A program made the position numbers and the translations under genes. A stretch of 64,000 nt of DNA. Origin: Bacilli bacterium (GTDB lineage Bacteria; Bacillota_I; Bacilli_A; RFN20; CAG-826). Under the pieces are notes generated by a model. That model ran no database searches. It had not been told where the DNA came from and worked only from the letters and a program-made list of their open reading frames with translations. This document shows, piece by piece, positions 34,466 through 42,965 of this stretch; positions within the stretch are counted from its first letter, which is position 1; each line of letters starts with the position of its first letter. The stretch spans positions 3,558 to 67,557 of the forward strand of contig JAXFZD010000009.1 in assembly GCA_034185265.1 (NCBI GenBank), in the 5' to 3' direction.

Positions 34466-36646
34466 TTAAGCGTTATTATCTAATCTTTGTCTTTCGACTA
34501 ATTCAGCAAATTTGCCTTTTTTAGCAATTAAAGTCTCGTAATTGCCTTCTTCAATAATTTTACCACCTTCGAGCATAATAATTCTATCTGCTTTCATAAT
34601 TGTAGATAATCTATGGGCAATGACAATTCTTGTGCAGTTAAGTTTATCTATAGATTCGGTAATGCTCTTTTGAGTTTTGTTATCTAGAGCGCTAGTAGCT
34701 TCATCAAAAATAAGGATTTTAGGCTTATGAACAATTGCTCTAGCGATCATAATTCTCTGCTTTTGTCCTCCAGAAATGCCACCTTGTCCTTCACTAATTA
34801 CAGTTTTCATTCCCATCGGCATTTCTCTAATATCCTTAGCAATATCTGCGATTTCTGCAGCTTTCCAAGCGTCTTCTTCAGTTAAAGAAGGAGAAGAAAT
34901 AATTATGTTAGAGAAAATATCCGCGTGGAAAAGAGTTCCATTTTGCATGACTGTTCCTATATTTCTTCTTAAAGAAGTCAAGTCAACTTTATCTATATCG
35001 ATATCATCAAAATAAACTTTTCCTTCCAAAGGTTTTTCAAAACCTAATAGGATTCTAACTAAAGTAGATTTTCCACAGCCAGTTTGACCAACTATCGCAA
35101 TATATTCTCCTTGTTTAATATTTAAAGATAGGTTATCTAAAATTAGAGGTCCACTTTCTAAATATTTAAAGGTTACGTTATCTAATTTAATGTTTCCTTT
35201 AACTCCCTCTAGATGAATTTTTCCTTGGCTAGTCTCCGCCTGAGTTTCTAAAATTGGTCTAGCCATGTTATAAACTGGAGAAATCATCGTAAAGATTCCT
35301 ACCATAGAGACTAAGGAAGTAAAAGCTCCAGTTAAAACGCCATAGCTACTGGTAAAAGCCATGTAATTAGAAGCAGTTACGTTATTTTTTGCTGCTAAAT
35401 AATATATTGCTATATTCCCTAACAAGGTAATAAATAAAGAAATAGTCGTAGATAAACGAAGGATCATTGGTGGCTGATATTGAATTTTAGCCGCTCTAGC
35501 ATAGGCATTTGCCCATTTAGCAAACACTCTTTTTTCTGATCCAGATAATCTAATTTTCTGTATTCCGTTAATCATTTCATAAGTTACGCCAGCTTCTTTA
35601 GAAGATAATCTAAGATTTTTTTCTGTATATTTCTTTTGAATAAAGGAAATTGTTATCGTAAATGAAGAAGAAATAATTAGGATAAGCGCGACTGGAAGAA
35701 TTAAAACTGGAGCGAAAGAAATAAGTTGGAATAAGTAAGCTAAAGACATAACTACCGTGATTAAAGTAGTTAAAACGCTACTAACTATCATATTAGCTAG
35801 GCTGCTTATGCTAGCAAATCTAGCCGCTAATTCTCCAGTATTATATTTTTTAAAGAATGAAGTTGGTAAAGAAAGTACCTTCATCATCGCAGCTTTTTGC
35901 ACTTCTTTTTCAATTCGTAGAGATATTCGATTATTTACGTAACTTTGCATAGCGTTAGCTAAAAGCAGTCCAGTTGCAGTAGAAACTACATAAATCGAAA
36001 CTAAAATGAATAGTTTCATATCTTGACTAGAAACTACATTTCCAGTTAACCATCTAGTTAAATAAGGAAGAATCATTCCAATTCCTGTAGCTAAAGCGGA
36101 AAATAGCGCCAAGAAAAGCAAGTCTAGAGGTCTAATTGATTTGCGTAAATATTTCCAATATTCCTTGATTCCTACTTTTGTATTAGGAAGAGGTCTATAG
36201 AAACTTAGCGCTTCAAGTTCAAATTTATTAACTAAAGCAGCTTCGATATATTCTTTTTTTCCTGTGCTATAGTTAATGTAATAATATTTATCTTTTTTAG
36301 GGAATAGCACTACAGGAACTTCACTTAAAAAAGTAAAAAATAGAAGCGGAGTTCCATCTTCATTATTATAAGATTCATTAAGTTCAACTTTATGATAATA
36401 GATGTCACACTGACTTAAAACATAGTTAAGTTTATCGTTAAAAGAAGTAATTCCTTTAGGAATATCTATATTTTGACAGCGGAAATAAGAAAGAATTTGG
36501 TGAATAACAAAAGTATCTCTAATTTCTTCATCGCTTAGATTCTTTTTGTTATCAACTTTTAATCCAGCAAGCGACAAGAAAGAATCTTCGAAGGTTTTTT
36601 CATCGAGAGATTTTCTTTTCTTTACTTGCTCTTCAAACCAGCCCAT
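34466..36646 (-). CDS. ABC transporter permease/ATPase (NHLM/NHPM bacteriocin-system type, no peptidase domain)
   Basis: 726 aa. About 160-aa N-terminal domain, 6 TM, GQTGCGKST Walker A, ISGGQKQR signature, ILIFDEATSALD. Confidence 0.8.
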   Translation of the reverse strand: MGWFEEQVKKRKSLDEKTFEDSFLSLAGLKVDNKKNLSDEEIRDTFVIHQILSYFRCQNIDIPKGITSFNDKLNYVLSQCDIYYHKVELNESYNNEDGTPLLFFTFLSEVPVVLFPKKDKYYYINYSTGKKEYIEAALVNKFELEALSFYRPLPNTKVGIKEYWKYLRKSIRPLDLLFLALFSALATGIGMILPYLTRWLTGNVVSSQDMKLFILVSIYVVSTATGLLLANAMQSYVNNRISLRIEKEVQKAAMMKVLSLPTSFFKKYNTGELAARFASISSLANMIVSSVLTTLITVVMSLAYLFQLISFAPVLILPVALILIISSSFTITISFIQKKYTEKNLRLSSKEAGVTYEMINGIQKIRLSGSEKRVFAKWANAYARAAKIQYQPPMILRLSTTISLFITLLGNIAIYYLAAKNNVTASNYMAFTSSYGVLTGAFTSLVSMVGIFTMISPVYNMARPILETQAETSQGKIHLEGVKGNIKLDNVTFKYLESGPLILDNLSLNIKQGEYIAIVGQTGCGKSTLVRILLGFEKPLEGKVYFDDIDIDKVDLTSLRRNIGTVMQNGTLFHADIFSNIIISSPSLTEEDAWKAAEIADIAKDIREMPMGMKTVISEGQGGISGGQKQRIMIARAIVHKPKILIFDEATSALDNKTQKSITESIDKLNCTRIVIAHRLSTIMKADRIIMLEGGKIIEEGNYETLIAKKGKFAELVERQRLDNNA

Positions 36647-36657
36647 CTATCCCTTTC

Positions 36658-38841
36658 CTATTCATTAGTAACTAACTCGTAATAATAGCCTTTTAAGCTC
36701 ATTAACTGCTCATGGTTTCCTTGTTCAACTATATGTCCTTTATTTAAAACTACGATTAAATCTGCATCTCTAATCGTAGAAAGTCTATGCGCTATGACAA
36801 TAGTTGTAATTCCTCTATGCTTAATTGCTTCAACTACATCAAATTCAGTTTTTGCATCTAGCGCACTAGTTGCTTCATCTAAAATTATTATGCTAGGATC
36901 GCTAGCTAAAGATCTAGCAATCTCTAATCTTTGCTTTTCTCCGCCAGAAAAATTCTTTCCTCCTTCTAGAACTGGAGCATTATATCCGCCATCTCTAGAT
37001 TCAATCATTTTATGAATTTGCGCATCGTTACAGGCTAAAATAACTTCGTAATCCTCGATGGTTTCATCCCACATCTTAAGATTATTCATGATTGTATCTT
37101 CGTATAAAGTTATGTCTTGATCGACTACAGCAATAGAAGAAGTAAATATCTCGTGATCAATTTCTTCTATTTTCTTTCCATCAAATATAATCTCGCCTTC
37201 CCAAGGAGAATATAAACCTGAAATTAACTTAGATAATGTTGATTTTCCGCTTCCTGTAGAGCCAACAATCGCTACTTTTTGACCTTGCTTAATCTCTAAA
37301 TTAAAGTTACTTAAAACAGGTTGATCTAATCTAGAATAACCAAAAGTAATGTTTTTTAAAATAAGGTTCCCACTTATTTTAGAAATCTCTCCTCCTTCAA
37401 TCACTCTAGTTACATTTTTATCTAAAGGATATTCTAAAACATCATCAACTCTTTCCATCGAAGTACGCATTTCTTGAAGAGTTTGTCCGCTGCTAATTAA
37501 AGTCATTGCTGGAGACATAAATGATCCTAATAAACCTTGGAAAGCTAAAATAGAACCGATTGTAAATTCGCCTTTTATTGTGTAATAAACTCCTAAAATT
37601 AAAACGCCATAATTAGCAAGTAAAGACACAAAAGCAGGTAAAAGACCTAGGAATTGATTAGTTTTTGCCATTTTTATTCTTTGAGTAAACACATTATCTT
37701 GAGCTTCACTCCAAGAATCAAAATAAGCTTCTTCAGCTCCGTTGGATTTAATTGTTTCAACCATTTCTATTCCTTTAGAAGTCATAGAAGCAAGTCTAGA
37801 TTTATCCCTAGCTTGAACTCTAGAAATGTTGACTCTAACTTTAGAAATATATTGAGAAAGTAAAGCATTTATCACGATAGTTACTACGCCAACTAAAGTT
37901 AAAATCCAGCTCTTGTTGATCATGACAACTAGATAAACAACAATCATTATTGTGTTAAATAGTAACGGAGCCAAGACATTGACTAAAGTTTCAGCAATCG
38001 AAGCATTCTCACTTCTTCTACCTTGCAAATCTCCTACCATTCTTTGAGAGAAGAACTCTATAGGAAGTCGTAAGATCCTCCACATATAAGTCGTGGAGCC
38101 TATTAAATCTAATTTTCCTTTAATCTTATACGAATATAAGGTTTGAACTAAGCTGACAAGAACTTGAAGTAAACCTATTCCAGCAAAAATCAAAATGAAA
38201 GGAAGCAGCCACTCAGGGTTTTTTCCTCCAAGAAGATGGTCGACAAAAACTTGGTTAATTACAGGAGAAATTATGCTAAATAAATAAGCAATGATTGTAG
38301 TTATTGCAAAGAAAGCTATTAAAGCAACCGCACCTTTGAGTCGTTTTCTTGCAAAGGTGAGAATTGATTTTCTTTTACCTCCAGGAACAAATCCTTCATC
38401 AGGAGTAATTTCAAGATAAACTCCAGTAAAAATCTTATCAAAAGTTTCTAAATCCACTTTAACTAGTCCTTTTGCTGGATCATTTAAGATAGCTTTATTA
38501 CCTCTAAAACCATTTAAAACTACGAAATGGCCTCCGCCCCAATGGATAATTGCAGGAAATTTTCCTAATTCCTTTAATTTTGTGATATTTCTTGCATATC
38601 CAGTTGCTTTAAATCCATATTTCCTTGCTGCAGCGCAGATATTTTTTGCATTAGCTCCGTTTCTAGAAACTCCGCAATCAACTCTAACTTGCTCTAAGGC
38701 AACCCATTTTCCATAGTAAGCCATGATCATAGCTAAAGAAGCCGCTCCACATTCAAGAGCTTCTAACTGCATGATTATCGGAGTATTCGCTACTCCTTTT
38801 CCTGTTTTTGGCTTCTTTATCTCGCTCATTTTATTTTCCAA
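36658..38841 (-). CDS. Bacteriocin/RiPP export ABC transporter with N-terminal C39 peptidase domain
   Basis: QLEALECGAASLAMIMAYYGKWV (C39 catalytic Cys region), 6 TM, GSTGSGKST, FSGGEKQR, IIILDEATSALD. Confidence 0.85.
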   Translation of the reverse strand: MENKMSEIKKPKTGKGVANTPIIMQLEALECGAASLAMIMAYYGKWVALEQVRVDCGVSRNGANAKNICAAARKYGFKATGYARNITKLKELGKFPAIIHWGGGHFVVLNGFRGNKAILNDPAKGLVKVDLETFDKIFTGVYLEITPDEGFVPGGKRKSILTFARKRLKGAVALIAFFAITTIIAYLFSIISPVINQVFVDHLLGGKNPEWLLPFILIFAGIGLLQVLVSLVQTLYSYKIKGKLDLIGSTTYMWRILRLPIEFFSQRMVGDLQGRRSENASIAETLVNVLAPLLFNTIMIVVYLVVMINKSWILTLVGVVTIVINALLSQYISKVRVNISRVQARDKSRLASMTSKGIEMVETIKSNGAEEAYFDSWSEAQDNVFTQRIKMAKTNQFLGLLPAFVSLLANYGVLILGVYYTIKGEFTIGSILAFQGLLGSFMSPAMTLISSGQTLQEMRTSMERVDDVLEYPLDKNVTRVIEGGEISKISGNLILKNITFGYSRLDQPVLSNFNLEIKQGQKVAIVGSTGSGKSTLSKLISGLYSPWEGEIIFDGKKIEEIDHEIFTSSIAVVDQDITLYEDTIMNNLKMWDETIEDYEVILACNDAQIHKMIESRDGGYNAPVLEGGKNFSGGEKQRLEIARSLASDPSIIILDEATSALDAKTEFDVVEAIKHRGITTIVIAHRLSTIRDADLIVVLNKGHIVEQGNHEQLMSLKGYYYELVTNE

Positions 38842-39220
38842 TTACAAAATCAAACGGCTTCATTTCCTTTATAACAACAGTGTAAACATATTCTCCATCG
38901 CTTAGTTCCATAGAAGAAACTATTGGAGATCCATCGTCTTTAAAAGAAAGGATTTCCCCTGCTTTATCAACAATATAAACTTTCTGCCCTACTGCTAACT
39001 GACTTCTAGAAGATTTATCCACATTTAACGTAACTTCGTTATTAGAAATTAAAGCAGTTCCAGTTATCTTAATTGCAATTTTATAAACCATAGACCAAAC
39101 AAAAAAAGAGATAAGAACAGCAGTTATCGCTCCTAAAACTATCCAAGTAACTGGAGAAGTATATTGCAGATGCTTATCTAATTCATCTGGACTAGAAATA
39201 GTTTTTGGTCGTTTTTTCAT
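38831..39220 (-). CDS. Short HlyD-like secretion adaptor (single TM + barrel-sandwich fragment)
   Basis: 129 aa. N-terminal TM TWIVLGAITAVLISFFVW. Overlaps the ABC gene by 11 nt. The position matches the adaptor gene of NHLM-type export systems. Confidence 0.5.
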   Translation of the reverse strand: MKKRPKTISSPDELDKHLQYTSPVTWIVLGAITAVLISFFVWSMVYKIAIKITGTALISNNEVTLNVDKSSRSQLAVGQKVYIVDKAGEILSFKDDGSPIVSSMELSDGEYVYTVVIKEMKPFDFVIGK

Positions 39221-39254
39221 AAAATATAGAAATAATTATATCATTGATATAATT
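39221..39254 (-). terminator. AT-only hairpin between the maturase and exporter genes (possible attenuator or processing site)
   Basis: AATTATATC-att-GATATAATT (39234-39254), followed on the minus strand by ATTATTTCTATATTTT. Confidence 0.25.
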
Positions 39255-39281
39255 TGAGAAAAGTTATTATCTTCTCTATTT

Positions 39282-40676
39282 TTATAAATCTAGAGGTTTA
39301 CTTAAGTGTAAAAAGTTTAAAGTAGAGGTAACTTTTTCATACCAGCCATTTTCAAAGAATATACATTTTGTAATATCTTCGTGATAGAAATTAATGTCTT
39401 TAGAATAAAGAAGCCCTAAAGCCGGGCAGCCTCCGTTACAAACTTTATAATATTTACAATTTGCACATTTATCATTCTCTACAATCTGCTTAAATAGTGG
39501 CGCCATCGCTAGATTTAGATATTCACTTTCTGTAACTAACTGCTTTAGCGGAGTCTTAGTTACATTCCCTAAACTTATTTTATGTTCTAAGAAATATCCT
39601 GACATTTGTAAACAAGGAACGACTTCTCCACTAGAAGAAACCGCGATCATTCCTCTATTTCCTTTACACATTGGAATTCTAATATTAAATTCATCTTTAG
39701 AACAAGCAATAGGAACTAGAGAATAAATTTTATGTTTAGGATCAAGTCTAATAAACTGCCAAATATCGACGGTCATTTTCATATTTGAAGAAGCATAGAA
39801 CTTAGAAAATTCCAGCATTCTTTCATAATATTCTTCTATAGGTAGAGTTGAATCAGGAGAATTCTTTTCCCATCTAGGTGCTTCTGTAGTTCTAATAATT
39901 CTCATTTCTAAAACTCCCATCTCATTTAATAAAGAGGCAGTTTTCATCATCACATCTACATTTTTACGGTTACATTGAACTTGAGCTTTTACATCAAATC
40001 CGTTATCTATACATAATTTAATAGCTTTTAAAGTAAGTTCTTCTGCTTTAGGATGCTGTCTAATAATGTTATGATAGCCGACTCCATCAAAAGATATTTT
40101 TATTAAAGGATTGCAGCCTAATCTTTTGAATTCATCTAACATTTTTTGAGTTAAAAGAAGTCCATTTGTATTTAACTCAAAAATCATCATTTCTCTTTCA
40201 TAAATAGCTCTAACTATATCTAAAAAGCGAGGATGAACTAAAGGTTCTCCTCCCGTAAGAGTAAAGGCATGAACTCCGATATCTCTAGCTTGATCTAGGA
40301 TATCTAGAATTTGTTCGTAAGTTAATTCACTATTAAGCGGAGCGTTATCTTTTGCATTGAAACAGTGCAGACAATTTAAGTTGCATTTTCCTGTAATCAT
40401 TAGATTCATTCGAGGAAAATAGTAGTTTTCGTATTCTTTTAATTTTGACCAAGAAGAGGGCTCTTCTCCTTGGTTACATTCTTCAATTACTCCTCTAGAA
40501 AGAAATTTAGAAAGAAGCTTCGAAGGTTCTAAGTCATGATTTCCGTCACATAGACAAAGTAATTCAAAATCTTCTTTAGGAATGCTAAAAGCGCGATCAT
40601 TACCTTTTACATAAATCGCGCGTTCAACGTACTTCCACTTTCGTAGAGCAATATGTTCATTTAATCTATAGTACAT
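39282..40676 (-). CDS. Radical SAM/SPASM-domain peptide maturase with N-terminal RRE-like (PqqD-like) region
   Basis: ITGKCNLNCLHCFN (CxxxCxxC), C-terminal Cys clusters ..PMCKG.. and CANCKYYKVCNGGCPA (SPASM), N-terminal FELLCLCDGNHDL..LSRGVIEE. Confidence 0.85.
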   Translation of the reverse strand: MYYRLNEHIALRKWKYVERAIYVKGNDRAFSIPKEDFELLCLCDGNHDLEPSKLLSKFLSRGVIEECNQGEEPSSWSKLKEYENYYFPRMNLMITGKCNLNCLHCFNAKDNAPLNSELTYEQILDILDQARDIGVHAFTLTGGEPLVHPRFLDIVRAIYEREMMIFELNTNGLLLTQKMLDEFKRLGCNPLIKISFDGVGYHNIIRQHPKAEELTLKAIKLCIDNGFDVKAQVQCNRKNVDVMMKTASLLNEMGVLEMRIIRTTEAPRWEKNSPDSTLPIEEYYERMLEFSKFYASSNMKMTVDIWQFIRLDPKHKIYSLVPIACSKDEFNIRIPMCKGNRGMIAVSSSGEVVPCLQMSGYFLEHKISLGNVTKTPLKQLVTESEYLNLAMAPLFKQIVENDKCANCKYYKVCNGGCPALGLLYSKDINFYHEDITKCIFFENGWYEKVTSTLNFLHLSKPLDL

Positions 40677-40679
40677 TTA

Positions 40680-40871
40680 TTAATTTTCAAGTTTTCTGCG
40701 ATTATTTTTAGTAGATGCACTGCAGCCTCCACCATTTACTGCATCGAGTTGCTCATCAGTTAAAGTTACATCTTCATCTTTTGCAAGTTGGATTAAGTCA
40801 CTTACGTTTTCACATGCTTTTGCTTTTTCAATTTGTTCTGGGGTTAAACCTTTAAATAAATCTTTTTTCAT
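40680..40871 (-). CDS. RiPP precursor peptide with a Nif11-type leader and double-glycine cleavage motif
   Basis: MKKDLFKGLTPEQIEKAKACENVSDLIQLAKDEDVTLTDEQLDAVNGG-GCSASTKNNRRKLEN. ATG at 40871 with AAGGAG RBS. The 20 extra N-terminal codons in the ORF track overlap the operator and promoter. Confidence 0.75.
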   Translation of the reverse strand: MKKDLFKGLTPEQIEKAKACENVSDLIQLAKDEDVTLTDEQLDAVNGGGCSASTKNNRRKLEN

Positions 40872-40896
40872 GATATTAGCTCCTTTACATGATTTT

Positions 40897-40930
40897 ATTT
40901 TATCAAAATGGGTGTCACAGAAGTGCCACA
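40897..40930 (-). promoter_or_regulatory. Direct-repeat operator plus -10 box upstream of the precursor/maturase/exporter operon
   Basis: Plus strand: GTGTCACA (40912-40919) and GTGCCACA (40923-40930), 11-bp period. Gene sense: TGTGGCAC-ttc-TGTGACAC, 9 nt, TAAAAT (40902-40897). Confidence 0.7.
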
Positions 40931-40939
40931 CTTATAATT

Positions 40940-42133
40940 TTATTTATTTTCTTTACTTGCTAATTTATCTAGAGAGGATTTTTGCTGAGCATAAATTTCC
41001 ATAGCAAAATCTAAAACATCATCTTTAAAGAACTCACTTTTCCCTAATATTTCTCTAATTGTAGATTCAAAACCTATTAAATTATCTTTGTTATACCACG
41101 AATAATCCCATTCCGGATCAAGGTTTCCATAAGCAAAATAAATTAAAAGAAGGGTAGATTTACCGCGATTTTGGATAAAATTCTTCGCAGTTCCACTAGT
41201 CCCAAAAGAACCTCCTAGATCATAAATAGGAGCAATTCTAAGTTCTCCACTATTCATATTTTTAATCATAGAAATGTTATCAAAATGAAGATCGTTAATA
41301 AAACATAGAGACCTTAAACACGCTATCTTAATAAAGAAAAGATAAAGATCTTTATAGCCTTGGTCTAATAGGTTACTTAAGAACTTTTTATGGTTATTCC
41401 TATCTAATTTAATATTTAAATATTGCTTATAAAATTCAAGAGGGAGAACGTTAGAAAGAGGAATTAAAACTTCATCTAACCCAATCATAGGAGAACTTAC
41501 TGAAGCATATTTGCCATAAATTACTTCTAAATCATGCCCAACTACTTCTTCTTCCTTTAATAATTTTTTAGCTAATTTAGAAGCTAAAACTTCTCCTAAA
41601 ACTTCATCAGAATTATTTTGTATACCTAATTTATATAATCTAGGACCTTTTTCTAAGTCATATAGCCAGCCTTTAACTCCCCAACCTGCTGTAGCAATAT
41701 CAGGAACTTCTAAGCTAACTTTAGATAAAGCTGCGTAATTTTCTTTTATAACTTCTCTAGCAAAAGAATCATCCCACTTATTAGAAAAGAAATTTATATC
41801 CTTATAAGATAAGTTTTCTCCTTCTTTTTTAAACCAGTAATGATTAGACAGCGATAATCCATGTCCTTTAAAAAGGAGATTAAATCCGCTTTTACAGTGA
41901 GTTGCTTTTAGAATTTCTCTATATCCTTTTCTAGTTACAGGAATGGCCTGCTTAGAAAAAAACCATTTTATTTTGTTATCTAAAGAATCTTCATTATCTA
42001 AAAATCCATAAGGAGCTTTGTCAAAATACTCTTTCTTTTCGATAAACTTGACTTCTTTTTTTCTTAAATCAACAGTAAAAGAAAGAACTTCGTAATCCTT
42101 ATACATTAAAATATAGATTGTTTTTTTGCTCAT
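40940..42133 (-). CDS. HipA-like Ser/Thr kinase-fold protein
   Basis: 397 aa. INDLHFDNISMI (DxHxxN catalytic-loop-like) and RIAPIYDLGGS (APxYD-like). Confidence 0.55.
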   Translation of the reverse strand: MSKKTIYILMYKDYEVLSFTVDLRKKEVKFIEKKEYFDKAPYGFLDNEDSLDNKIKWFFSKQAIPVTRKGYREILKATHCKSGFNLLFKGHGLSLSNHYWFKKEGENLSYKDINFFSNKWDDSFAREVIKENYAALSKVSLEVPDIATAGWGVKGWLYDLEKGPRLYKLGIQNNSDEVLGEVLASKLAKKLLKEEEVVGHDLEVIYGKYASVSSPMIGLDEVLIPLSNVLPLEFYKQYLNIKLDRNNHKKFLSNLLDQGYKDLYLFFIKIACLRSLCFINDLHFDNISMIKNMNSGELRIAPIYDLGGSFGTSGTAKNFIQNRGKSTLLLIYFAYGNLDPEWDYSWYNKDNLIGFESTIREILGKSEFFKDDVLDFAMEIYAQQKSSLDKLASKENK

Positions 42134-42164
42134 TAATTAAAAATAAAAATTCCTTTATAGGCTT

Positions 42165-42198
42165 AATTTAACATTATCGATGCCACAAAAGTGCCACA
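42165..42198 (-). promoter_or_regulatory. Direct-repeat operator plus -10 box upstream of the HipA-like gene
   Basis: Plus strand: ATGCCACA (42180-42187) and GTGCCACA (42191-42198), 11-bp period. Gene sense: TGTGGCAC-ttt-TGTGGCAT, 9 nt, TAAATT (42170-42165). Starts 3 nt after the RR stop codon. Confidence 0.65.
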
Positions 42199-42201
42199 AT
42201 A

Positions 42202-42963
42202 TTAATAATCTGCATCAAAAATAGGCCATGAATATTGCATCATGTATTCTCCTCGATACATTCTTATTGCATCAGGATTTCCTTTTTTATATTCATAAGC
42301 ATCGCAATCAACTTTTGATGTATCTATATAACATTCGTTATGCCTTTTAATAAATACATCAGGGAAACCAGCTTTATTTAAAGTATTTTGTATATCGGCG
42401 ATTAAATTTCTTAAATAGGATGGATGATCTTCTTCCCACAAAACAGCATTTAATTCATTTACATTAATTGCTGAACCTTCTCTATCTACCAAATAAGCGA
42501 AAGCCTCTTTTGATTTTTTATAAGAGAATTTTAAAGGCTCTCCATTACAGAAAACTTCAAAATTACCGAAACATTTTATTTGTAATTTATTAGATTGTTT
42601 AAGTTCAATTTTCTTTCCTAATTCATCAATTTCTTCTTTTATCTTAGATTCATTAACGGGTTTAGTAATGTATCCAGAAGCATGAACCTTAAAAGCTTCT
42701 AAAGCATATTCGTTATAAGCTGTTACGAAAATAATCTTAGTTAGTGGATTCAATTTTTTAAGTTTCTTTGCAAGCTGAATTCCATTTAACCCAGGCATTT
42801 CAATGTCTAGAAATGCCACATCAATTTTATTTTCTTTTGCTTCTTCAAACGCTTTAACTGGATTTGAAAAAGAAACTAATTCTGCATCAGGCAGCACTTT
42901 TTTGCAGGAATTAACAAGTCTTAGAAGCTGCAACTCTTCATCATCTACAAGTAAAATAGTCAT
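42202..42963 (-). CDS. Two-component response regulator: receiver domain + OmpR/SARP-type winged-helix DNA-binding domain
   Basis: ILLVDDE..AFLDIEMPGLNG..IIFVTAY (receiver). LQIKCFGNFEVFCNGEPLKFSYKKSKEAFAYLVDREGSAINVNELNAVLWEE (SARP/Trans_reg_C-like). Confidence 0.8.
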   Translation of the reverse strand: MTILLVDDEELQLLRLVNSCKKVLPDAELVSFSNPVKAFEEAKENKIDVAFLDIEMPGLNGIQLAKKLKKLNPLTKIIFVTAYNEYALEAFKVHASGYITKPVNESKIKEEIDELGKKIELKQSNKLQIKCFGNFEVFCNGEPLKFSYKKSKEAFAYLVDREGSAINVNELNAVLWEEDHPSYLRNLIADIQNTLNKAGFPDVFIKRHNECYIDTSKVDCDAYEYKKGNPDAIRMYRGEYMMQYSWPIFDADY

Positions 42964-42965
42964 AA

